A stretch of DNA of 64,000 nt from Basidiobolus meristosporus CBS 931.73 (GCA_002104905.1 MCFE01000436.1:1-64000); one strand, 5' to 3'; numbered from the stretch's first letter, positions 26,101 to 38,269 are shown. The notes: generated by a model from the sequence alone, not told the origin. Program-made: numbers and translations.

Positions 26101-28448
26101 TGAGGTGGTCTTGTGAAGGGTGTTGGGCATAGACTAGATTGATTTGCACCAGCACACAATCATTGTAGGGGATGGTGAGGAGTCCAGCCAGGTGTGCTGG
26201 TGTTATCTAGACCCAGTTGCTTGCAGTCTATTTTTTTCCTCTTGAAGCTCATCTTATGATTCCTCAAGGTATTCACATAGCCTCTCTCTGATACTGTGCA
26301 ACTCTTGCCTTGATGAGGCTTGTGTATAATACTCTTAGAAGCTACTCAGCTCTACTAGCATATCATGTATTACAATAGTCATTTGAGGCAAAAACTCACT
26401 CACAATCTCATTGGTTCCCAAAGTGGAGGCACAAAAAGACAGGTATAGCCCACACTGTGCAAATTGCAAGCAGAATTGCGTGTGTGTGGTATCCTCATCA
26501 AATCCCCACACTCTGAGTTCAATATTGATTCCATTACTTGGGTCATGCTGAGATCATTTGGCAAGAAGTTGAATGGAATTATCATTGCTTTTTCTGGCTT
26601 AGACCACACTTGTAGGCTGAGCAATGAGTTTTGTCTGGGTTGTACAGAAGATGAGTTAAGACCTGGTGCAGGGACCATAAAAACAGATTTGGATACTTCT
26701 ACAGTATTAAATTGCTATAAAACTGGGGTTATGTGATATATGTATGAAAACAAATGTAATTGTTGAATTTTCCATATATAATGCATGATGCGTCATGGAT
26801 GGCATTGACATGGATTTATTGACATCTATTGCAGATTTCCAAGTTGAATATGAAATTGCAAGTGATTAATCAACAAAATCACCAAGTCATTGTTTAAGGA
26901 TGAAATTTGCAACATATTATGGGATGCGTGACAATTGATGGAGATCTATAATATTGTAAGGAAGATTAGAAAAATTAGGCTGATTGTCCCAAATTGATTC
27001 ACAACACCTACACTAAATTACTGTCCAATTTGATATGACTTAGTCATCTAAATTGTCTTTTCTCTTCAATCCCATCACTACCACGGGATTTCTTCTTACA
27101 ACATTAGAGAAGATAAATACCTAGGACTGTGGACTATCTCCCTTAACCCACTCAAGGAGATCCCCTATCAAGCTTCTCTGGTGTTATAAGATCTAATGCA
27201 CCATAAAGTTTCATGCCACCATTCATGGCAACAAGAGTCCTAGAAGCTTTGATTCCTAGCTGACAGCAATGGAGAACTACCTTGCTAAGGGTATGAATGA
27301 CTTGGAGCAAGCTTTGAGTACTAGGCTCAGAAGCTATAGATTCCCATATCCCAGAATGTTCAGCAACAGGTTCTATATTGGAAGCATTGTGGAAACCTTC
27401 TGGTAAGGATTAAAATACCTTCCAGAGGACAGAGACACTTTTGTGCTGGCAAATACAAGGCATGCCATGTGAAGTTTCAACCACTGTCTGGCATTGAGAG
27501 TAACATCATCTGGTTGACTGTGCCATTTCCTGGAAGTAGGCATGTCAAAGTACTCAGGGTAGTGAGTCATTCAGTACTCAATTAAGGGGAGAAATGAAGA
27601 GCAGACATAGCTTATGTAAGAGAGCATAGTCAGAGATTAGGAAGTATTACAGCTTGTAGGAAGCTAAGGAGTAGTTTGCTTAGCAGGAAGCAGAAGCTCT
27701 ACAGTGAGATATCTGATCATTTCAGAGTGGGCATCATGCATACACTTGAATATTTAAAGAGACTCAGTATATTGGCAGGTAAATATAGAGGAAAGCCATA
27801 TATGGGAAAAAAGAGCAGATTAGGTAAAATTGCTAAGATACTTATTGATGCACAGTGTATGCATATAAAAAGAATCCACTGATAGCAATGTGCTTGGAAC
27901 TCTATGAAGTGTAAAACAAGCAAGAAAAGTACTGTTATGAGAAACATAAGTATGATTGAGTTAATACACCAGTAACTGCAGCCTACCATTGGCTTCATGG
28001 TAGAATTAGAGTGCTGGATAGTGCTGTATGGTGCCAGATTAATATAGTACTATTGCCATGCTTGCACTTTGCGGCACCATCCAACAGAACAACTCTAAAA
28101 TCCATTTGCAACCTACCAAGTAGTGCACAAACAAGGGAATATCCGGGAAAACTTAGTACATAAAGACAGAATCAGGCTTGCAAGACTTGCTGACAATACT
28201 GAACCATTATAATACTGGTATCACAACCAAAGAGACTCAGAGGAGCCCTTACAGTTCTAGTAGGGGGAAATGTTATGATATGCTGCCTGAATATTTAGGT
28301 TAAATCAGTTTTTGTCAAATCAAATAGCGTTATACTTGGTGTTTCAGTATATCAGTGTTATATATCAAGTCAGCAATATCAGTCAGCAGATGAATCAGTA
28401 GATTCTTGCCAGATGGAAATATATATGTTAGATTTATTCTGTGAGCAA
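23130..28448 (+). mobile_element. Gypsy family B copy (RT/RH/IN 3' part, PPT, 3' LTR from 28271), interrupted by PHIS copy 2
   Basis: RH-IN remnants at 23200-24705. 28097-28270 matches the reverse complement of 29460-29640, including the PPT. The LTR begins TGTTATG at 28271 and continues at 29044-29091 and 37020-37186. Confidence 0.8.
24706..28096 (+). mobile_element. PHIS copy 2, left end lost, strongly decayed
   Basis: Colinear with 30095-33385. Right end CCAACAGAACAACTCT at 28081-28096. Transposase remnants at ~27030-27930. Confidence 0.85.
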
Positions 28449-29043
28449 GTACCACATTGAGCCATAAGTGCCAAACAGTCTAATTGTGTGCCAGAGAGAT
28501 GTAGCACACCTAAATTGGCCACAAAGTGCATAACATAGCTCTTTGTCTTCCATCAAAGCAGCCCTTGTGTTTCACTCATTATGCTGGAGAAATCCATTGT
28601 TTGACTATATTTATCAATGTTCAGCAGGATGTGTAAGCCCACAGAGGGACTGAGGATATGTATCCTAAATGTTGGCCCTGAGGTAAAATTTATTCATGCA
28701 CTCAAAGTGCCATACAGTACCAGTGGATCAAGATAGTGCCATGCATTTTTGTCACATGATGTAAGCCACAGGAGCTAAATTCAGAGTACTGTGGGTATTG
28801 GTACTAGATACATTTCTTCATTCCTTTTGTGTTCTCACACATCCTGCACAACATTGATCCAAAAAAAAGGTCAAAACATGAATATTCTCCAGTACATAGG
28901 CAAAACACAGGGGCTACTTTGCATGAAGATGAAGATCTATGTTTGCATTCTGTGGTAAAATATAAGTCACTTGGCCTCCCTGGAACATGATGCATCATTT
29001 GGCACTCATGGCACAATGTGGCACTATCCAACAGAACAAATCT
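28449..29043. mobile_element. Foldback MITE copy 3 (left TIR and part of the left arm deleted)
   Basis: Same arms as copies 1 and 2. Right end GCACTATCCAACAGAACAAATCT is followed by ATT. Confidence 0.8.
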
Positions 29044-30722
29044 ATTAAGTAAGATACAAATAGATAGAAATGATGCAATCACATGAGTTATTGTTACAGA
29101 CTCTGATATGAGAGTTGCAGAGGAATAGGGAGTTTAGCCAGTATTATAGTCACTAAAACTTGAACTGATTTTTATAGAGGTTCCAACAGCTCCTTTTATA
29201 TATTTTGCCAGATCAATTGCTGACTAATTGTATTTCCCAATGTAGGTTGTGACTGATGACTCATTTGAGAGCATCATCATCACCCAATTAGATTATACCT
29301 AAAAACGCTATTTCTGTCAGTTTAGGATCTGCTGAATTGTCTGCTGTTAAATACTGCTCATCTGATAGATAACACTGGTATATTATAGACCAAACATAAA
29401 ACTAATTGATCTGATTAAAAACTGATCTAACTTAAACATTCAGGCAGTGTATCATCACATTATCCCCTACCAAAGTTGAGAGGGCTCTCCTGGGCCTCTT
29501 TTCTTGTTATACCAATATCTTGATGGTTCAGTATTGTCAGCAAGTCTTGCAAGCTTGAGTCTATTTCTATGAACTACGTCTTCCCAGATATTACCTTGTT
29601 TGTACACTAATTGGTAAGTTGCAAATAGACATCCTCCAATGATCTTGAAAGATCCGCTCTATTGTGGCTCAGACTTATTCTGTGTGTTGTTTCTCAGTAA
29701 TGCAAAGTTCCCAATTGTCAACGCCCCTGGTGATATAGTCTTATCAAGTCTCTGCTTCCTCTATTCTGTACGCTGAGGTACTTTGGCCTGTGCCTCTTGA
29801 CATCTTTGTTTCAGCTGTTGGTGTCTACTTGGCTGACTGAGTTCTTCTTTTACGGCATCTGTGAGCTTTGGTTGTGTGAGATCTCTTGGATTCCTTGGTT
29901 CACATCCATACACTAAGTAAAATGGCAATTGTTGGGTGGTGTTGTGCACTCAAACTCTGCAGGCAAAAGTGCCTAGTCTAAAGACATGCTCCATTGTACG
30001 GTGCCAGGGCATGCGGCGCATTCTGCGGTCTTTAAGAACAATTGGGTGCAATATTGTAGCTACCAGTAGGCAGGATTGCTCTTGGACAATATTGCACCAT
30101 GTGGGACAATCTTGCGCACTATGGCACAATCTGACACAATGAGGTTGGTACAAAAAATTGCACCCACTTGTATTGTTTCATCACATGTGCAATTGGATAC
30201 CACTATTATGGTAGGTGAGATCCAGTATTTGGATATGTTTCTTTAATGAGAATGGAAATAAAGGAGTATCACACTATAAACTACACTGATACTTACCATT
30301 TTGGTTATCATCCCTCCAAACTGATGGTATCTCAGTGGTTAATTGGTCTAAAAGTATCCTGAAGCTTTCAGCCCCCAATTGGCTCTTTGACCAATACACG
30401 AGCTACCTGATTTGCCATCAAGTATCCCATTTTGCCCATTAAGCAAGTTAATCCCTGATCCTAGTGATTGGACAAGGTGTCATAGCTAGCACGCAACCAA
30501 TTATATGGGTGTAAATCAGATCAAATGGCAGCACTGGTGCCACTGATGATGTATACATATGCAGGGTGTTTATTTTTAGGGGTCCTGTCTCAAATGTGAG
30601 ACAGCATAAATATTGCTTATATCAAAATTTAGTAATCACTGATTTGCAAAGGCTCAATGCGGATCGCAAAAAAAATGTGTTATTTGGATCATTATAGATC
30701 ATAGCAACTCAATGCAGTTGCA

Positions 30723-31969
30723 TCATCTTCTCCTAGGCTTTTTGCTCACAGTGATTGCTACTGAAGCATCTGGTAGTGATTCACTTTGCACACCTAAACT
30801 ACCTTCTTGTTGACTATCCTCTTGGCTACTTGTGTATTGGTAGTCAGTATTTTGCCTCCTAATTGATGAGTGCAATGCTGCAGCTTGGCCACACTGAATT
30901 GCTCCAGATGATGCAACTGAGCTGGCCTGCAGAGCTATGTGCTGACGTGTTCTTTTACTTGCCAAAGGCTCTGGTGGTGGAGGCACTTCATGTGGGTCAT
31001 CATCAGTCAGTTCACCAGAAGAAACTTGCTGATGGTCAGGTGTAGTGGCACATGCAGACGCAACTTGCTGTGCTGGCATGGCCCTTAGCTGAGTTTGATG
31101 TGATGCTGCTTGTTGACATGACGCGGCCTGCTCCAATGGACTTGTGTCTCTTTGAGCAGTTTGGCAGGTTCTGGTGGTTTTGCTGTGAAGCATGTGCGTT
31201 GACCCAATACACATTGAGTCAATGCAGCGCACTCTTGTGAAGGTTGTTGGCATGGTTTGGACTGATGTCTGCCAGCACGCTGAAGTTGCAAGGGATGGTA
31301 AGAAATCCAGCAAGGCATGCTGGCGCAATCTAGACAATGTTGCTTGCGGTCTGTATTCCTCCTCTTGAAGCTCATCTTCTGATTCCTCAAAGTATTCACT
31401 TACCCCCTGTCTAATACTTTGCAACTGTTGCCTGGATGAGTCCTGTGTATATTGCTCTTGGAAGCCACTTAGCTCTACTTATATATCATGTAATACATTA
31501 GTTATTTGAGGCAAAAACTCATCAAAATCTCTTTGGTTCCCAAAGTCAAGGCACAAACGGACACGTCCAGCCCATACTGTGCAAATTGCATGCAAAACTG
31601 TTCCCCTGTGGCTTCCTCATCAAATCTCCTCACTCTCAGCTCATTCCTGATTTCAATACTTATCTTGTTATATATCATCTTACATACATCCACTGGCATC
31701 TTGATGTAAAACTCATGCCACAGCTTTCTACTCAGGTTCTTCCATATCTGTCAACTCTCCAAGGTATCTAGTTCTGCTAAATTAATGAGTAGTGCCCAAA
31801 TATCTGTATGAAGGCTCATCATAGACACTTGGGCCATACTGAAATTATTTGGCAAGAACTCAAACAGATCCAACATTGCCTTTTCCAGTCCAGACCGCAC
31901 CTGTGAGCTGGGGGATGGGTTTTGTCTGGGTTGAGCTAAAGATGAGTTGAGACTTGGTATAGGGACCAT
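30723..31969 (-). pseudogene. PHIS ORF2, putative Myb/SANT-like (trihelix/MADF-type) DNA-binding partner
   Basis: Joined reading ...TDIWALLINLAELDTLES*QIWKNLSRKLWHEFYIKMPVDVCKMIYNKISIEIRN..., then an acidic patch and a low-complexity tail ending SKKPRRR. Two stops and one 1-nt shift. Domain call is from the motif pattern only. Confidence 0.6.
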
Positions 31970-32327
31970 AGTGACAGATTTGAATACTTTTACAGTGGTG
32001 TATTGGCATAAACCTGGTCTTATATGAAATATATGTGAAAACTAATGCGATTGTTGAATCTTCCATATATTATGCATGATGCATCTTGGATTGCATTGAC
32101 ACAGATCAGATCACATCAATTGCAGAGTTCCTATTTGATTATGGATTTATGAGTAATACATCAATAAAAATACCCAGTCATTGTTTGAGGATGATTTTTG
32201 CAACATAATGAAGGGATACATGGCAATTGATGGAGGTTTAATTGTAATGCATGGAAAATGAGATAAATAAAGCTGATTGCGCCAAATCAAATCAAATCAT
32301 CTTAGCCCAATTCTTTCCAATTTTGAT

Positions 32328-33251
32328 ATGACTTTTTCATCTGAATGGTCTTTTCTCATCAATCCCATCACTACCACTGGATTTCCTTTTGACACACTCA
32401 AGGAGATCTATACCAAGTACTGTGGTCCATCTACCCCAATCTACTCAAGGAGATCCCTTGTTAAGCTTCTCTGCTATTACAAGAACTATTGCTCTACAAG
32501 GTTTCATCCCACCATCCATGGCAACAAAAGTCCTAGAAGCTTTCATTCACAGCTGACAGCAATGGAGAACCACCTTGCAGAGGGAATGAATGACTTAGAG
32601 CAAGCTTGCAGTAGTAGGTTTAGAAGCTCCAATAGACTTCCCTATCCCAGAGTGTTCAGCAACAGGTTTCATATAAGGAGTATTTTGGACACCTTCCCAG
32701 TCAGGATCAACAAGCCTTCCAGAGTGCAGAGGCACTTTTATTCTGGCAAGTACAAGGCACACTGTGTGAAGTTTCAAGCATGGTTGGACATTGAGGGTAA
32801 CATCATCTGGCTTAGTGGGCTATTTGCTGGAAGTAAGCATGACAGAGCACTCTGGGTAGAGAATCATCCAGAATTCAGTAGAGGGGAGAAATCTATGGCA
32901 GACTTGGCTTATATTGGAGAGGATTGTCAGAGATTAGGATGTATTACAGCTTATAGGAGGCCAAGGAATGGTGTGCTTAGCAGGAAGCAGAAGGTCTACA
33001 ATGAGATATTTAATCATTTCAGAGTGAGGGTTGAGCATACATTTGGATATCTGAAGAGATTCAGCATATTGGCAGGTAAATATAGAGGAAAGTCACATAG
33101 AGGAGAAAACAGCAGAATTGGTAAAATAGCTAAGATACTTATCAATGCACAGTATATTCATACCGGAAGACATCCTCTGAGAGAAATGTGTCTGGAACAT
33201 TATGAAGAGAAAATGATGCAAGGAAAGCACTACTCTGAGCAACATAAGTAA
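32328..33251 (+). CDS. DDE transposase, DDE_Tnp_4 / IS5-Harbinger-ISL2EU type, 307 aa from the first ATG, uninterrupted
   Basis: Motifs ILDTFP...FYSGKYKAHCVKFQ..D..G.I...SG.FAGSKHD...ADLAYIG...RVRVEHTFGYLKRF. The frame is open from 32277. Confidence 0.9.
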   Translation: MTFSSEWSFLINPITTTGFPFDTLKEIYTKYCGPSTPIYSRRSLVKLLCYYKNYCSTRFHPTIHGNKSPRSFHSQLTAMENHLAEGMNDLEQACSSRFRSSNRLPYPRVFSNRFHIRSILDTFPVRINKPSRVQRHFYSGKYKAHCVKFQAWLDIEGNIIWLSGLFAGSKHDRALWVENHPEFSRGEKSMADLAYIGEDCQRLGCITAYRRPRNGVLSRKQKVYNEIFNHFRVRVEHTFGYLKRFSILAGKYRGKSHRGENSRIGKIAKILINAQYIHTGRHPLREMCLEHYEEKMMQGKHYSEQHK

Positions 33252-36200
33252 GATCAAGTAAAATTACCAGTAACTATAACCTACCACTGGCATGATGGTA
33301 GAAATTATAGTGCCAGATAGTGCCAGATCAATCTGGCACTATAAACAGGCTGGCACTATGTAACACTATCCAATGGAACAAGTCTTATATACTCATCCCA
33401 TCTACTAGCAGCTCCATTTGCATACTTAGTCAGGATTTTTCAAAATAATGCATTAAGCCACTCAGGGACTCCATTAGCTCTAGGGTGCTATGCTGAGGTT
33501 TTCAATTGCTTGATCTGCTGAAGTTCCAGGTAAGCTTCCAATATCTTTAACATAAAGCTTGCTCCTCTATTGGATAAATCCCTGCAGGGCATCCAAAATT
33601 TGTAAGGATCCCATGGTTGATGAAACTTGCAACTTCTTGCTCACTAGCTACAGGTCCTGCTTGAGCCACTTGTCATTTAGTGGCATGATCAATTGCTACT
33701 GTGATCCAATGGTTGCATTTCCTGATGTTTGGCAGTCTTCCACTGAAGTCAATTCACCATCTCTCAAATGGTCTCATAGGCTCTAAGGGGAAGAGTTCAG
33801 CAATTATCTGTGGTTGGCCTTAGTTGATTTGGCAATTTAGGCATGCTTTCACTAGCTTCTCCACGTTTAGTTTCATCTGGGGCCACCATGTTCTGGCTTT
33901 CACAAGGCTATAGGTTCCTTCAACTCCAGGATGTATGTATCCATTGTGTAGCTTATGTATTAAATCCAGACAAGAAACATAAGGGCAGTAGGCAATAGGG
34001 CTTCTATTAACAATTTAGTAGAGTGTTCTATCCTTTACAACAAATTTGCTGGCTTCATCCTGGATAATCTTTTTGATCTTTTCATCCACCTCATTGGGAA
34101 TGGCTTGGTCCTCCAAGTACTTTGGTAATAAGCTAGGCCAATCTGATTCATGCACCAAGTGGAGTTGTTCAACTTGCCCAAGTCTTGATAAGGCATCAGC
34201 AACCATGTTGTTTTTCCCAAGGTAGTAGAAATCTCCAAGTCAATTTGTTGAATATATTTACTCTATCCTGTCATTCTTCAGGAGTGTACCCTCTAAGTAA
34301 ATATACACCTGAGCAAAGTGTAATCAGTCTTCACAGTGCACTTGACTCCTTTAATGTAGCATATCCAGGTCTTCAAGCAGTGTATTATAGTAAGTATCTC
34401 CTTCTCATGCACTGGATAGTTTTGTTCTGCTGAGTTCAGTTTCTTGATTCAAAGGCAACTGGGTAGTTCTTTCCCTGGGGTTCTAGGCTCAACACTCCAC
34501 CAATTGAATATTCTGAAGCATATGTGCACAGAGTAAACTCTTTTCTGAAGTCTGGAATGCTTAAGCTTGGCAGCATAGCAAGCTTATTCTTAAGGGCCCA
34601 AAAGGCAGTCTCAAAGGTTATGCACCACTTTATGGTGTTGTCTTTCTTAAGAATAGCAGTTGCAGGGGCTGCAATATTTGCAAAGAACTTGACAAATCTC
34701 CAATAATAGGAAACCATTCTAAGAAATGATCTTAGTTCTGAGATGCTATGGGGCTGCTTCAGGTTCTTGATGACTTCAACCTTCTTTATGTTCAAGGTCA
34801 CTTCTGTGATGGTCCAAAAGCTCATCAATTCAGGGTATGGGTACTTATTCTTCAGTGCAGCTGAGTTGAGGGCTCTATGGTCAATGCACATCCTAAGTGT
34901 TCTGCCCCTCTTTTTCACAAAGAGTACTGATGCTCCCCAAGGTGACTTGCAAGGTCCAATATATCCTTGCTCCAATAACTGATCTATTTGTCTCTTCAGC
35001 TCTTACAAATCCAATGGATGTATTCTATAAGGTGTCTTACTCACTGAGGACCATCTTCTGTGTCAATGGCATGATCCACATCTCTGACTGGGGGTAAGCC
35101 AACAAATACATCTGGAAACATGTCTGAATATTCCTTCAAAAGAGTGTGGACCTTCTGGGGTGCTGGAGTGGAGGAGTCCTCCTGCAATACTACCATGATG
35201 ATCATCTGGGTGTATTTTCTAAGTGCTACACAGAACTGTGTCTTGCTCAGTTCATTTGTTTCACAAACACTGGAATTGACCAAGCTGAAATCCAGTCTGG
35301 CAGGTAATAGCTCATAGGTCATGTTGTTCTTCAGGATCTGAGTGGCATGGGTTCTCCAGTTGCTTGATGGATTACAACAAAATAGCCAGGTTTTTCCAAG
35401 TGCATGGTCAAACTTGCAGCTTCCAAATATAAATGCCTGTAGGTCTTCTTCATAGTCATTGATCTTCATTCTCACTGGCTGAGTAATATGGTTGATTATG
35501 TGACAGTTCCCATCTGCTGTCAAGCCTGAAGTTGATTTGGTGAGTTCTGAGTTAATTCAAGCTTTTAAAGAATACAGCTCTGACACGTACTCATGCAATA
35601 CTCCTGAATCAATCATGATTTTGGTAGGTACTCCATTGATGACTCCATTCAAGTGTAATAGCTTTGCTGAGTTCAAGGTCATTTAGGATAAGTGTTCTTC
35701 TGTCACATGGGAGGTAAGCTCTGAGTCTTCTTCATGTTCATCCTCCATGTGGCAATGCTCAAGGGGCTCAAAATGGTTGAAAGTTCTTGATGACCCATGT
35801 TGATTTCATCTCTGTGGGTAGTACTTTGCAATTTTTCCTTGCTGGTGGCAGTTGAAGCAAAGGCATTCTATTTACATTCTTCTGTGGTGGGATTCTTCTG
35901 CATAGCATCTATTTCCCTTGGCATTGCTTCTGGTTTTCTTCTTTCATAGTGATTGTAGCCTCTCAGACTAGTCATTGTGAGTATCCCAACTCCAAACATA
36001 GCTAAGTCAAAGTCAATAGCAACCTTGATAGCTTTTTCAATAGTCTGAGGTCTCTGATTATTAACTACCTTGCAAGTTTGTTTTTTCAACTCATCAATAA
36101 AGTATTCAGCTTGTTCCAGGGGTACATTCTTTCAGTTTGTCCAAGCAGATATCTATATTCATAGATCTACTCTTGAACCATTCCCTCTATCTGAGTGTTC

Positions 36201-37019
36201 TCAACTTCCTTCTTAGCAGTGTCTGCTGATGTGAGGGTTCAAAGCATCCTGAATTTCAACACAAACTCATTGCAGGTAGAAACTTTAGAACATCCCATCA
36301 TGGTGGCTGACCTGATCTTGTTGTAGTACCACTGCAAAGCTGCATTTGCTAGGTCAGAGGCTGCATAATGCAACTTGCTTTCTGGAGCAAATCCCTCAGC
36401 CATGAAAACTTCTTCAATCTAGGAAAGCCAGGTTCCCAGGTCTTCATTGGCTCTACCATGGTACTGGTTAACCTTAACACTAAAGTTGCACTTGACAGGG
36501 TTTTGCTGGCTTTGGGCCACAGTATTCATTCTTTGTTGCTGCTGGGCCATGGTTTGATGCATATCATCAATCCATGTTTGATTTTCTGACATCTCAAGGG
36601 AGGCTTCATCCTTCTTCAGGAGGGATGTTTCTAATTATTGCTACTACCAATGTTACAAGTCTTGATATAAGAATTGTATAGGTATAGGGAGCTTAGCTAG
36701 CATTATATTCACTAAAACTTAAGGAGATTTTCATTGAGGTTACAGCAGATCCTTATATATATTTTGCCAGATCAGTTGCTTGCTAATTGTATTTCATAAT
36801 GTTGGTTGTGGCAGATGACTCCTTTGATTGCAACATCATCACCCAATTAGATTATAATTAATAGAAATATTTCTGTCTGATAAGGAGCTACTGATTCATC
36901 TGCTGACTAATTGTACTGATCTGATAGATAACACTGATATACTGATAGGCTAAATATAAAGCTAACTGATTTGATTAAACACTGATCTAATTTAAACATT
37001 GGAGTGGTAGATTGTAACA

Positions 37020-37186
37020 TCATCAGTCAAAACCCACATTAGGAAGTACAATCAGTTAGTAATATATCTGGCAGAATGCTTACCAGGAGCTGCTGAGACC
37101 TTAATAAAATCAGTTCAAGTTTCTGTGAATTCAATACTGGCTAAACTCCCTATTCCTCTGCAACTCTTATATCTGGACTTGTAACA
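37020..37186 (+). repeat. 3' remainder of the plus-strand Gypsy-B LTR that was split by the 29092-37019 insertion
   Basis: Continues the LTR sequence (compare 39897-40066) from the point where 29091 stops, and ends CTTGTAACA. Confidence 0.8.
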
Positions 37187-37189
37187 ATT

Positions 37190-38242
37190 GATTGCCCACA
37201 CATATTATTTGCTTATCCTGTTTCTGGGCTGTTTCCTCATTTCTCTGGGCCATTGCATCTATCCTATCTGCCACTGCTCCTAATTACCTCATTGATGCCA
37301 TGGAATGAGCTGACTATAAACTTGCTAATACAGGTTGTGGTGATTCTATGATGGCCACTTGCTGGTTGTCAACGGAAGGTACTGCATTTGGTACATTCTT
37401 ATCTGCCTCAGCATCATGGTGGTCTTGTGACTCCTGATAGGTTCTCATTTGCCTACTTAACTGAGTGCCTAAGGAGTCTGAATTATTACCCTCTGTGAGA
37501 ATACTGCCAAAATGGCCTTTTTAAATACATCCGTGCTTGTTGCACTGAGCATCAAAGGAAGCTGTAGTCCAACTGTTCTTCTGCTTCTGTCAACAGTTTG
37601 GTTTGGTTGGAAACCAGACAACTTTCTTTATTTTTGGCAGCATATATTTGGAAGTGAGTTAAACCAGAGGGGAGATGGTGTTACATATACCTATATATGT
37701 GGTGCCACCGCATTATATGTAATACTGACTTGGGCAGGTCATCAATGAATTTTGCATTCATGTAAGTGCAATGTCTCAAATACAGGACTGTCTTAAATTT
37801 ACATGAGTTTTGACAAAAAAGTGATACAAAGCGTTACCTTGTTGAGTGCCAAATGTTTGTCCCATGGTGAAGACTACTTTGATCAGGGTTATGCAAGGGG
37901 AGTTGGGAAAGAAAATACCATCTGGTAAATTGGCTCAGTAACATTATACAGAACTAGTTGTAGGCTGCCATACTGCCATGATAATGCTAGTAGAGGCTCA
38001 TATTGAGGCAGTCAGACTGCCAACAAGTTTTCTGTGGTGTGAGACATTGAATATGTTTGCTTATTAGGTCTGCTTAAATAATTTTAGAGCAAGTTAAGAC
38101 TCTCAGAATATCACACAATACTCATTCAAAGACAGCTCAGACACTGCAAGGTTTTTAGCTCTATTTGGCAGTAAATTATGACAGTTGATTCAGATTGGAT
38201 CCACCTACAGGACCAAACTACCGCTTATAGGAATAATTGCAG
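37190..38242 (-). mobile_element. Internally deleted CACTA-like derivative (terminus joined to the promoter and 5' part of the second gene), inverted relative to copy 1
   Basis: 37190-37860 is the reverse complement of ~13580-14230, and 37870-38242 is the reverse complement of ~10386-10810. Confidence 0.72.
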
Positions 38243-38269
38243 TGGGCTTTTAGGGGCAGAGTGAGCTGC

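Larger units (their letters stand above)
29982..33385 (+). mobile_element. PHIS copy 3, full-length, best preserved
   Basis: Ends AGACATGCTCCATTG / CAATGGAACAAGTCT. Removing it plus 3 bp (TAA/TAT) restores the host integrase frame WDEY-L-D*ALFACR. Confidence 0.92.
29092..37019 (-). mobile_element. Gypsy family B, two-LTR copy, decayed, interrupted by PHIS copy 3
   Basis: LTRs at 29092-29459 and 36651-37019. PBS-like TGGTAGTAGC, PPT GGTAGGGGATAA, gag with CFNCHQQG knuckle, [23 protein letters not shown] with GPY/F-like tail. TSD TTAT/TCAT. Confidence 0.88.

Noticed and set aside
29460-29760. Chromodomain at the end of the Gypsy integrases
   Set aside because: Both Gypsy-A and Gypsy-B frames end shortly after the GPY/F module, directly before the PPT.
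33300-33385. Short spaced repeats resembling a CRISPR array or operator array
   Set aside because: The repeats are 8 bp, in mixed orientation, in a eukaryotic TE end. They are subterminal motifs.
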